From: Haliotis cracherodii
Taxonomy: Eukaryota
DNA length: 64,000 nt
NCBI RefSeq assembly: GCF_022045235.1
Contig: NW_027266308.1
Span: 68,944,001 to 69,008,000, forward strand
Direction of reading: 5' to 3'
This document shows, piece after piece, positions 52,057-63,411 of this stretch (within the stretch, counting starts at the first letter, position 1; each line of letters begins with the position of its first letter). Made by a program: the position numbers and the translations under genes. Below the pieces are notes generated by a model. The model did not search any database and had not been told where the DNA came from. It saw only the letters and a program-made list of their open reading frames with translations.

Positions 52057-53387
52057 CTGGAACAAGAAACAAAAGTGTCATATAAGGGTATATCAGCTGT
52101 TGAATTGAGGCACTCGTCACCACTCTCATATGTCCGTAACTTACAGGAGGGGTGCCTTCGTCTTGTCCCGGAATGGCACGTGTTGGTCACGAATGGAAAT
52201 GTAAAACTTTATCGGTTTGAGGGGAGTGTAATCGACGTGAGGATTTTGAGAATATGCGGAAAATACCAATACCAAACCCACCTGTTCATAAAATGGACTT
52301 GTCCGACATTGCCGAGGTCGGATTCTATTCAAGGAGTCATCATTTTTAAAATACGGGTACATATTTTTAAAGCTTGTACATTTCATCATCTGACTGTACT
52401 GTTTCGCCCCTCATGGTTTATTGTCCCTGCAGTGTTTTATTGTAGATATCCGGCTTCCCACGATTCAGCATAACCTGATCTGTTATCATGTAATACAAAA
52501 TAAACATTCTCTATAAGCATTTTCGTATGTCGGTGATGATTAAATCATGTAAAATGTGATGTTTTCAAAAAAACATTTTTGTTGAGAATTCTGAATCGAC
52601 ACATACAATTTAAGTCTAGAAGAAAAAAAACTTCACAAAAGTTATAGGTTCAAATGTGCCTACCAAGGGATTACATGTAAGTTTTCAAAACCAAAATGAT
52701 GTTTTTATATAACAACGCTCGAGTCCGATGCGTTGATGTTTGCTCTCCCAAACACTGATGTCTTTGTTTTCAAATTCTAGGGACATCAAAATTGTAAAAT
52801 GGTGGAGAATCTGGTTTTGTGGAAACCCTAACTGCTTGATCTGATGTGGAATATGCCGCAATTGTAATTGTTCTAGCCAAAGTAAACAAGGCGGGCTGGG
52901 CCGACTACAGTGGAAATGTCACAGCATCGGCGGGCGGCTGTCAATTGAGAAGGCCATAGGGACATTATAGCACAACATATTAACATATCATTTGATGTCG
53001 GTGGTTAATAACCGTTAATGTACAAAGTGACCCACTACATAACCACACTGGTTTAATATCAGCTGTTTTGGGGAATTGGATAACTCTTATACGAGCAACG
53101 TGATGGATCGACGCCTCTATCATCCGTCAGTCATATGAGATGTGCTAGCGAGAGGCAGCTTGCACATTGTGTGGTAGCAAGGCAAAGGAAACGGTCGAGT
53201 AGCTTCTAAATAGGACATTCTCGTGGTATGCATCACACATCAACACACGTGACGTAACATCCGGGCAGGAGTGGAATATGGTAAACTATCGTCTTCATTC
53301 GACGCCTGCTCACCCAGGGTCGCACTTGTTCGGAAATAACGAACCCAGAACTGGTCCTAGTAAACTTGTATGGAAGGTCTCATACTA

Positions 53388-54094
53388 ATGCCATATACCA
53401 TAGCCATATACCATAGTCATGTACCATAGCCATATACCATAGCCATATACCATAGCCACAAACCACAATCATACACTTTAGCGATATACCACAGTCACAT
53501 ACCACAGTCGTATACCATAGTCATATACCACAATCATACACCATAGTCATATACCACAGTCATATACCATAGTCGTATACCATAGCCATATACCATAGTC
53601 ATATACCATACCCATAAACCACAGTCATACACCAGAGCCATAAACCACATTCATACACCTATCCATATACCATAGTCATATACCACAGCCATAAACCACA
53701 GTCATATACCATAGCCATAAACCACAGTCATACACCATGGTCATACACCATAGCCATAAACCAGTCATACACTTTAGCGATATACCATTGTCATATACCA
53801 TATTCATATACCATAGGCATACACTATAGTCATATGCCATGGTCATACACCGTAGTCATACACCAGTCATACACCACAGTCATATACCATAGCCATAAAC
53901 CACAGTCATACACGATCGTCATACACCATAGCCATAAACCAGTCATACACTTTAGCGATATACTATAGTCATATACCATAGCCATAAACCACAGTCATAC
54001 ACCATAGCTAAAAACCATAGTCATACACCATAGCCATATACCATAGCCATATACCACAGTCATTCGTTAACCACAGGCATATATCATAGCCATA
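53388..54094. repeat. Minisatellite, 13-bp unit (gene A intron 1)
   Basis: catataccatag(c/t). Confidence 0.92.
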
Positions 54095-54289
54095 AAATTG
54101 TCGTGAGGTCATCGAACCGTGACATCATATAACACACCGAACATCAGGGTTGAGAGTACAGCTTGTGTATGATACAGCAGACATATACGTTTATGATTGG
54201 ACAACAGAACTGCACCCGGCAGAGAGAGGGTTCAGGCCAAATGAGTCACCACATATTTGCTTTTTGCAACTGATGGAATACCAAATCAA

Positions 54290-54540
54290 ACTGGGTATCC
54301 GTCTACATACGCATAAGGTCTACACAGCCTTAAACTGGGTACGCGTCTACTCAGTGACTTAAGACATTACACCTAGGATCGAGCTACTGATGACATGCCA
54401 CTTCAGACTGGGTATCCGTCTACATACGCATAGGGTCTAGACAGCCTTAGACTGGGTACGCGTCTACTCAGTGACTTAAGACATTACACCAAGGACCGAG
54501 CTACTGATGACATGCCACTTCAGACTGGGTATCCGTCTAC
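54290..54540. repeat. 117-bp tandem duplication abutting the gene A exon 1 donor
   Basis: ctgggtatccgtctac at 54291, 54408 and 54525. Confidence 0.88.
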
Positions 54541-54544
54541 TCAC

Positions 54545-54701
54545 CAAGATGCCACTCGAACGACGCCGGGACGCATGCTGGGTACTTCTTGGTGACGTAA
54601 GTCAGCAACAAACACGTCTTGCCCACTTGACTGTCTCCGACCACGGTCACCTTCAAGGTCCTGTGTTTGCTGACCACTCTCCGCTTGCCAGAGCTTGACA
54701 T
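54545..54701 (-). CDS. Atypical Rho GTPase gene A, exon 1: MSSSGKRRVVSKHRTLKVTVVGDSQVGKTCLLLTYVTKKYPACVPASFEWHL
   Basis: P-loop GDSQVGKT; G|gtgagt phase-1 donor; in-frame TAA about 50 nt upstream of the ATG. Absent from the ORF track. Confidence 0.94.
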
Positions 54702-55684
54702 TGTCTGGCAATTGTAGATGAAAAGAGTTTTGATGAACCTCGTGTGCTCTTAACGCTCGAAATGCAGTGAAAGGGCTTGCTGTCATTCAAAGCTCAGAAT
54801 GAACAGAATATCTCGGGCGACTGAACGCTGTCTCTACCCTGCTCCGTGCAGATCTCACAGTTAGGGTGTAATGGACAGGTGCCTCTGTGCAGGACATCAG
54901 CGTAAGTTCCGTTGTAATTGAATGTTCGACTTTGGTCGCTTGTTGATAGGAAAATAATGGTATTGTTTTGCAAGTTATAGTGACTGGTTGTGACATTCCA
55001 CAGAAGTAACGCTAAATAGCCGGCAATAGGAAGCCGGTATACGCGAGTCACTTGCAAGAACACTGGTCTCGCGCATTCCTTATATGGCACAACACTCACG
55101 ATTGCACGGACACGCCTCTGTACGCAGGGCTTAACTGGTACAGCCCCGACAACCGAGGTACAGCGCATGCTGCAAGCCGGGATGAAGATGCAGGCAGATC
55201 ATGACATCATGACAGTTAGTCATGACGAAACATATATATAAATGCGATAGAATTTTTCTGATACTACTTACACCAATACTATATGTTAAAATGTCTGTAA
55301 TAAAAAATAAATGGCCAGTTACGTTATACAGATCTTTGTATTTTGTCAAATACCTGGCTCTGGTTATTTTTGTATATCATCTAAGAAAAACTTTGGTATT
55401 AAAGTGATATATTTAACGAACACTCCAATCCCTTATCGCTGTATATGAAGAGGCGTAGCTACTCCAGCGTACTTAATTCGGAAATTTGACATAAACACAC
55501 TTGTGGTCTATTGAAACACGACACACCAGGCTGACTTTTGGGATGAGACCTGCTTGTCGCGCCGAGGTCCTCCCAGCTCATAGTAGCGCAGTGTGTTGCG
55601 GGGCCAATTACTTGAAAACACAAGTGCAGTTCAGCCTCGCCAAGCAAACACATTACACTGGCTTGTTTGTATGAGCGAATCTAA

Positions 55685-55788
55685 TATTCCTGACATGGGT
55701 ACAATGTGTGAAGCCCATTTCTGGTGTCCTACGCCGTGATATTGCTGGAATATTGCTAAAAGCGGCGTAAAACCATACTCACTCACTC
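55685..55788 (+). mobile_element. SINE family A, 5'-truncated
   Basis: acatgggtacaatgtgtgaagcccatttctgg...aaaccatactcactcactc. Confidence 0.82.
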
Positions 55789-55858
55789 TTTATTTGAAAC
55801 AAGGGGTACAGAACGGCTATCTTAGACTTGAAGTCTTAGTATCCCCAGCAACGTGGGT

Positions 55859-56013
55859 TTGTTTGTTGTTTAACGCCGATAAATAATCGAGTCTGGACCA
55901 GACATTCCAGTGATTGATATCACGAGCATCGATCTATGCAATTGGGATACGATGACGTGCATCAACCAAGTCAGCGAGCCTGACCACCCGATCCCGTTAG
56001 TCGCCTCTTACGA
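55859..56013 (-). mobile_element. SINE-like family B, truncated
   Basis: TSD agcaacgtgggt on both sides. Confidence 0.82.
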
Positions 56014-56146
56014 AGCAACGTGGGTGTGTGAGTGAGTTGGGATTAGCGCCGTTTTGAATTGAATATACACCATTTCTGTCGTGCAAGCTCAGTGTGGAGG
56101 AATGACCGTGTAATATCAATGTAGGTCAACAGAGTGAGTGATGATG

Positions 56147-56285
56147 TGAGCGAGTATGGTTTTACGCCGCTTTTAGCAATATTCCAGCAATATGACGGCT
56201 GGTGACGCCGGACATGGCCTTCACACCCAGGTTTTCGGCGTGAGGAGCAAAGACTTAAACTACTCGGCTAACCCAACGCCGCACA
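56147..56285 (-). mobile_element. SINE family A, degenerate
   Basis: Tail and partial head similarity. Confidence 0.65.
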
Positions 56286-56309
56286 GTTCGTTAGAAGTTT
56301 ACCGCTGTG

Positions 56310-56445
56310 GTGCAACTCGAGAAGAAGGGTATGGTGTTGACAAACTAAAGATAATAGCCTGGGCCAATCTGGGATTCGAACCCACGATCACACAGCATTC
56401 GGCCAAGCAATGAATTGTGGCGCCTTAGGCGACTGGTCAGGTGGT
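56310..56445 (-). mobile_element. tRNA-derived repeat, family D
   Basis: Minus strand CTAAGGCGCC...CGTGGGTTCGAATCCC; homologous to 4890-4990. Confidence 0.55.
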
Positions 56446-56726
56446 GCCCTCCTCCCTACACTGTATGATTATGATGCATCGGTAGCATCTGATAGGGGAG
56501 GACAACACTTTGTATACTTCATACTTCTCAGATATCCTGTACAGATGAAGGGCCAGAGCGCGACGTACCACCTGGTAACTCCGTGTTGGGTATTCCAGGC
56601 ATTGTCTGTTCACTTCCTTGTTTTTCACTCACAAGAATGTTATCTCACTACCCTGCCTGGCCGGTCGCTCGTCAGGCTGAAGTTCCGTGTTCAATTCATG
56701 GCCAGCACATTCCTGAGGTTCACCGT

Positions 56727-57770
56727 CGTGATACTGCTGGAATAATGTTTGAATACTGCTGGAATATTGTGGAATACTGCGGGAATATTGAGGAATACTG
56801 CGGGAATACTGCTGGAATATTGTGGAAAACTGCTGGACTATTGCTAGAATACTGTTGGGAAATGCTGGAATAATTTTGGAATTTTTGTAATGGTGCTGGT
56901 TACGTATTGTAATGCTGCTTGAATATTGATGAATAGTACTGGAATATTGATGGATAGTAGTGGAATATTGATGGATGGTACTGGAATATTGATGAATAGT
57001 ACTGGAATATTGATGGATAGTACTGGAATAGCTCTGGAATATTGATGGATAGTACTGGAATATTGATGGACAGTACTGGAATATTGATGGATAGTGCTGG
57101 AATATTGATGAATAGTACTGGAATATTGATGGATAGTGCTGGAATAGCTCTGGAATATTGATGGATAGTACTGGAATATTGATGGATAGTGCTGGAATAT
57201 CTCTGGAATATTGATGGATAGTACTGGAATATTGATGGATAGTGCTGGAATAGTACTGTAATAATGATGGATGCTGCTGAAATAGTTCTTAAATATTAAT
57301 GAATAATGCTAAGATTGTACTGGAATATTGATGGATAGTGCTGGAATATTGATGGATAGTACTGGAATATTGATGGATAGTGCTGGAATAGTTCTGGAAT
57401 ATTGATGAATAGTGCTTGAATATTGATGAAAAGCACTGGAATATTGATGGATAGCACTGGAATATTGATGGAATATTGATGGATAGTACTGGAATATTGA
57501 TGGATAGTGCTGGAATATTGATGGATAGTACTGGAATATTGATGGATAGTTCTGGAATATTGATGGATAGTGCTGGAATATTGATGGATAGTGCTGGAAT
57601 ATTGATGAATAGTGCTGGAATATTGATGAATAGTATTGGAATATTGATGAATAGTATTGGAATATTGATGGATAGTGCTGGAATAGTTCTGGAATATTGA
57701 TGGATAGTGCTGGAATATTGATGAATAGTGCTGGAATATTACTGGAATATTGATGGATAGTGCTGAAATA
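56727..57770. repeat. Minisatellite, 21-bp unit, grading from an irregular 10-11-bp repeat
   Basis: (g/a)ctggaatattgatggatagt. Confidence 0.93.
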
Positions 57771-58084
57771 GTGTCATATGCACCGTAAAACTATATTTAT
57801 TCTTGTGATGTCTGCTATGTGGGGAATGCGTGTGCAAATCTTAACGAAGATGGTATTTATCCTGTGGTGTATGTCAGAAGGCATCCTGTTAGTACATACA
57901 ATCTCCATGTAAAATGAATGTATTGTAGCATGTCTTTGATATACGTTAATAAACTCCACAGGGTTCCATCTAGTCCAGACTTGATTATTTACCTTACTCC
58001 CGACACATCAGGAGATCGGGCTGCTCCAGTGTGTGACCTGGCCGACCCATTGTCTCCATGTCGGTTGAAACACTCGGCGTTTGT

Positions 58085-58378
58085 CTGAAAGTTGTGTACA
58101 TAACCATGTCGCGTGTATTTGAGGATATACGGTAATGTTGAAAGTTGTGTATATAACCATGTCGCGTGTATTTGAGGATATACGGTAATGTTGAAAGTTG
58201 TGTGCATGAGAGATGTCGCCTGTATTTGAGGATATACGGTAATGTTGAAAGTTGTGTGCATGAGAGATGTCGCCTGTATTTGAGGATATACGGTAATGTT
58301 GAAAGTTGTGTGCATGAGAGATGTCGCCTGTATTTGAGGATATACGGTAATGTTGAAAGTTGTGTGCATGAGAGATGT
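58085..58378. repeat. Minisatellite, 54-bp unit
   Basis: tgaaagttgtgtgcatgagagatgtcgcctgtatttgaggatatacggtaatgt. Confidence 0.93.
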
Positions 58379-58997
58379 TGACGCAAATATTTCAAACTCA
58401 AAGGAAACTGTGTTTCAGATTAAATTTTATCTTAGAGATTCATATCCGTGCAGTATCACAGTCGGGGCATGTCGGCATGTTTAGTTCTAAACATGGCAAG
58501 GAGGAAACGACTGTTGTTTCCTCTCCACCGAGTCATACGTGACAGCGTTCTGTGAAGTACATCTAACGTCTCCCACACTGACAACACCCCCACAGCTGGA
58601 CGCCGGCATACAGTGTGTGATGCATCTACAACTATGCATCTATAAACAGACCACATACATGTGTCAGAGAGACGATTGGTTAGGATTATTTTTTGTAAAG
58701 TTAATATTTAATGAGGGAATGAGATACTTGCGTATTTCACCCGCATTGTTTAGTTTATTGACAGGTTCTGCATATTGACATGTCAACACAGAGGATAGTT
58801 ACGCAGAGCAGTATGTGTTCGATGTTTTACACACTTACACATGCTCTGTCAAAGTCAGGATGTTCCTCAACTGAGCTTTTAATTAAAGTCGGACGGTATA
58901 CTGATATGACAAGGAGAACGTGAATGTGTTCATTGTGTACCCTCGATAGAGTTGAAGATGAGTATCATGTTCTGCTTGTATGTCTTCTCTATTCTCA

Positions 58998-59130
58998 GTG
59001 AGTGAATGAGTTTAGTTTTACGCCGCTTTTAGAAATATCCTAGGAATATTCTAGCGGGGGACACCAGAAATGTGCTTCGCACATTGTACCCATGTCGGGA
59101 ATCGAACCCGGGTCTTCGGCGTAACCACTA
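58998..59130 (-). mobile_element. SINE family A running into the gap
   Basis: Tail and B-box similarity. Confidence 0.75.
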
Positions 59131-59264
59131 NNNNNNNNNNNNNNNNNNNNNNNNNNNNNNNNNNNNNNNNNNNNNNNNNNNNNNNNNNNNNNNNNNNNNN
59201 NNNNNNNNNNNNNNNNNNNNNNNNNNNNNNNNNNNNNNNNNNNNNNNNNNNNNNNNNNNNNNNN
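59131..59264. other. Assembly gap (134 N)
   Basis: Run of n. Confidence 0.99.
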
Positions 59265-59294
59265 ATAATATCTAAATACTTTAATTTTAATAAA

Positions 59295-59412
59295 TTTCAA
59301 TCTTTGCTGATGTTCTAATACACTAATTTTGATAAACATGCTGTGCCCCTGTCTCCCAAACATAGACATGGTTATTAAAATGAGTGTATTAGAACTTTAA
59401 CAAAGATTGAAA
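59295..59412. repeat. AT-rich inverted repeat (MITE-like)
   Basis: tttcaatctttg...gttctaatacact...catg inverted to catg...agtgtattagaac...caaagattgaaa. Confidence 0.65.
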
Positions 59413-59871
59413 TATTTTTATATTTGAACTAAGAACTAGACGCAGTGTTCATGAGAATCTTTAATGTTATCTTTTGCAAAGCGAATAAACGCAACAAAAA
59501 CCTGAGATATTGAAGAATTGAAATCTACAATTTTATATCCCAACCTACCCCAGCCTGGGTTCACAGGGTCAAGGGGTGGGCTGATAGGGACACTTCACAT
59601 ATTCCATTGGTTTGTGTGGCATATGAAAACACAAAATGTGAAATTCATACCTGTGATTAAAACTGCCAAGACGAACCCCTTCCTTCGCTGTCTCACCAGA
59701 CGTCTCTACCTGGTTCTCACTTTTTCGTTTCCTGTTTCGAACATTTTTAATTAATTGAGATGATAAAACCAGGTAGTTTACATGACGTGTTAAAACATCT
59801 GATACTTTGATCAGAAACAGAGCTTCCCCGAATAGAGAGATGCTGAAGTCTGTTTCTCTTAATGTGATATG

Positions 59872-60135
59872 AGACCCGTGAAGATCCGGGGTAGAATAGG
59901 TCTTCTGCAACCTATGCTTGCCGTAAAAGGTGACTATGCTTGTCGTAAGAAGCGACAAAGGGGATCGGGTGGTCAGGCTCGCTGACTTGGTTGATGCATG
60001 TCATCGTATTCCAATTGCGTGGATCGATGCTCATGATATCAATCACTTGATTGTCTGGTCCAGACTCGATTATTTACGGACGTCATATAGCTGGAATATT
60101 GCTGAGTGCGGCCTCAAACAACAAACAAACAAAAA
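59872..60135 (+). mobile_element. SINE-like family B, full length
   Basis: Similarity to B with duplicated hairpin and (CAAA)n tail. Confidence 0.87.
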
Positions 60136-60854
60136 CAAAACCATGTTATATGCAAGTTCACAAAGACTGTAGTCAGTCAAAACAGAATATGGAGCATACA
60201 GAGACGTAAGCTTGGCTGCCTTTTCTAGAATAACAGAAATCTCCCCCCTATCTAAAATGATTCTGTCAGTGTCAAGTACTAGGTCTCCCCCGACCAGTTT
60301 CCTTGTCTGTAATGTTAGTGTAGGAAAAGTGTATAGATTATAAGGATGCGTGGAGAACAAGTTCCGTCAGTTTGCGAGAAACCCTTTTCCAGGACTACCA
60401 AAGTCTTCAAGCAGGTCCTAAATCTGTTCCATGGATTCTGAAACTATAGATTTGTTTGAGATTAGCATTAGGTTTCTTAACAATTGCAACGTGAACAATT
60501 CACAATTTTGTTAACTTAATTCATTCAATCAGTGTGGGGCACATTCGGACAGTGTCCCAACCGGCCGCATCGCTGCCGTCCCAATGTGCCCCACGGACCC
60601 TCCTTGTTATTTGATGATTCTATTTCACTGCTTGTTGACCACGTCATGGAACTTGGTACCACTGTCGAGCCAGTCAAACAATTCATTAATCTCTAACGAA
60701 AGGTAACACGAGTTCTAACCATAAGGCTTTGGGAAATAGTTCTGATATTGCTTTTGGAAGAATAAAACATATTTTACTTTAAAAAATCCTTATTGACACT
60801 TGCTGCAGGTATTTTCCATAGCCGAAATGCCAGGATGTGTGATGCCACTTCCTA

Positions 60855-61995
60855 AATGTGCCCCGTTTCTCAATGTGCCCTGCCTCTCAATGTGCCCCGT
60901 CTCTCAATGTGCCCCGTCTCTCAATGTGCCGCGTCTCTCAATGTGCCTCGTTTCTCAGTGTGCCATGTCTCTCAATGCGCCCCGTCTCTCAATTAGCACC
61001 CCGTCTCTCAATGTGTCCTGTCTCTCAATGTGTCCTGTTTCTCAATGTGCCCTGTCTCTCAATGTGCCCTGTCTCTCAATGTGCCCCGTCTCTCAATGTG
61101 CCCTGTCTCTCAATGTGCCCCGTTTCTCAATGTACCCCGTCTCTCAATGTGCCCCGTCTCTCAATGCGCCCCGTCTCTCAATGTGCACTGTCTCTCAATG
61201 CGCCCCGTCTCTCAATTAGCGCCGTCTCCCAATGTGCCCCTTCTTTCAATTTGCCCTGTCTCTCAATGTGCCCCGTCTCTCAATGTGCCCTGTCTTTCAA
61301 TGTGCCCCGTCTCTCAATGTGCGCCGTCTCTCAATGTGCCCCGTCTCTCAATGTGCGCCCTGTCTCTCAATGTGCCCCGTCTCTTAATGTGCCCTGTCTT
61401 TCAATGTGCCATGTCTCTCAATGCGCCCCGTCTCTCAATTAGCGCCCCGTCTCTCAATGTGCCCTGTCTCTCAATTAGCGCCCCGTCTCTCAATGTGCGC
61501 TGTCTCTCAATTAGTGCCCCGTCTCTCAATGCGCCCCGTCTCTCAATTAGCGCCCCGTCTCTCAATGTGCCCTGTCTCTCAATTAGCGCCCCGTCTCTCA
61601 ATGTGCCCCGTCTCTCAATGTGCCCTGTCTCTCAATTAGCGCCCCGTCTCTCAATGTGTCCTGTCTCTCAATGTGTCCTGTCTCTCAATGCGCCCTGTCT
61701 CTCAATGTGCCCTGTCTCTCAATGTGTCCTGTCTCTCAATGTGCCCCGTCTCTCAATGTGTCCTGTCTCTCAATGTGCCCCGTCTCTCAATGTGTCCTGT
61801 CTCTCAATGTGTCCTGTCTCTCAATGCGCCCTGTCTCTCAATGTGCCCCGTCTCTCAATGTGTCCTGTCTCTCAATGTACCCCGTCTCTCAATGTGCCTC
61901 GTCTTTCAATGTGCCCCGTCTCTCAATGTGCCCCGTCTCTCAATGTTCCCCGTCTCTCAATTAGCGCCCTGTCTCTCAATGTGCCCCGTGTCCAA
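60855..61995. repeat. Minisatellite, 17-bp unit
   Basis: tgtgccccgtctctcaa. Confidence 0.95.
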
Positions 61996-62941
61996 ATGCG
62001 CTCTGGTTTATTTGTATCATGTACCACTGTACAAAAGAAATTTATGTAACATGAGGCAGTCTATTACTGAACAGTGCATATACATTGAGCTGTAGGCCTT
62101 TGGAGAGGATGAGACTAGACAATACTCACGTAGCTGTAAAACTCTGGCAGCAGTAACCATGGCAATACTGTAAATAAGGATATCGATCAAACAATAATGA
62201 TTCTGATGATGAGTGATGAAAGAAAGAAAACTGAATATTTTTACCATGAAACAATACAATGTGAATTAATTTGCAAATTATAATCTGATATTATAATGAA
62301 AATATTTTACTGATACAAAGTGTTTGTGGTAAGTGACGAGGAACAAAAATCTATTTGTATGAACGTGTCCAGGAGTCTCAATATCGTAAATGTGAATACT
62401 AGTACCCGAGTTACCCGTCCCAGCCCTAATGAATACGACTTTATGCTGTTTCGTAGTGTGGTCGTCATCTAAGTAAGAGTTGGGAAGAGTTACCTCCCTT
62501 TGAGTTTTCAACATGGGTAGCCTGACAGAAGTTCTTGAGTGTTTGTCTGTGTTTTTGAAGACAGTGCTGCAGGTTTGAAAGTGAATTGTTGAAAGTTATG
62601 TGAATGAGGCAGTTTAGTTTGTAAATTGTCATTGATACAGTGATCGTTTTAATGACAGATGTAAGAAATCTATCCGTATACTGTAAACATCAGCTACAAT
62701 TTACCTCTTTGCCCCAACAGTAACACTAGCTGAGTAGCTCTCGTAAAACACCTTTCATCATACTGTTACGAATAGATATCAACAGTGATTTTACTCTCTT
62801 TTGTGGTATATTGCCTTCATATATCGTGAACATTGGGCCACTATTTACAGCTGGTAGTATCTCTCTAAGACCATGCGATATAACAGAGTCCCTGCTATTT
62901 ACCACAAGTGGTTGACAGAACGTTACCCTTTCTGCTTCCAG

Positions 62942-63055
62942 CCTGACGTCAGTGATGACTTGGACTTGAAGAGTTTGTTGAAAGTGTCCCGAGACCCCCG
63001 CTTGTCCGTGGAGGATGTGCTGCAGTCTGTGGGCAAGCTCGTGGGCCAGTTGCAG
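62942..63055 (+). CDS. Candidate internal coding exon of an unidentified plus-strand gene: PDVSDDLDLKSLLKVSRDPRLSVEDVLQSVGKLVGQLQ
   Basis: ccctttctgcttccag acceptor, CAG|gtattg donor, 114 bp open in phase 0, protein-like composition; no family recognised. Confidence 0.55.
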
Positions 63056-63149
63056 GTATTGCTTACATGTTCGACAAGGTCATGATCATCAAAGGCTCTG
63101 TACACAAACTCTGCGGGACAGGGTCGAGTTGTTGGGCTGGTTGAAGTTG

Positions 63150-63411
63150 AGTGTGTGTGCGCGCGCGTGTGCTTGCTTTAGTACGGACTAATAATGAGAT
63201 ACCATGCTGTAGTTTAATTTGAATACCCCATTCAGACACAGTATACTGACTCCGAGCCAACCAGTCCTTGCTTTAGCCCCTTAAATTTGAGCGCCAGGGA
63301 GGGTAACAAGTACCATCTTTTAACATCTTTTGGTATGACGTGCCCAGGGATCAAACCTCCGACCTTCCACTCTCCTGGCAGACTCTCTACCACCAGACCA
63401 CGGAGGCAGTC
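63150..63411 (-). mobile_element. SINE family C
   Basis: Head and body similar to 1215-1566. Confidence 0.82.

Noticed and set aside
33425-54701. Genes A and B as pseudogenes
   Set aside because: No stops or frameshifts, consensus splice sites, intact G1/G4/G5 and CAAX, and shared derived motifs despite high divergence.
60800-62095. Cys-rich ORFs up to 339 aa
   Set aside because: 17-bp unit cycling through frames; non-coding satellite. Same reasoning for 18789-19571, 46013-46456 and 49124-50312.
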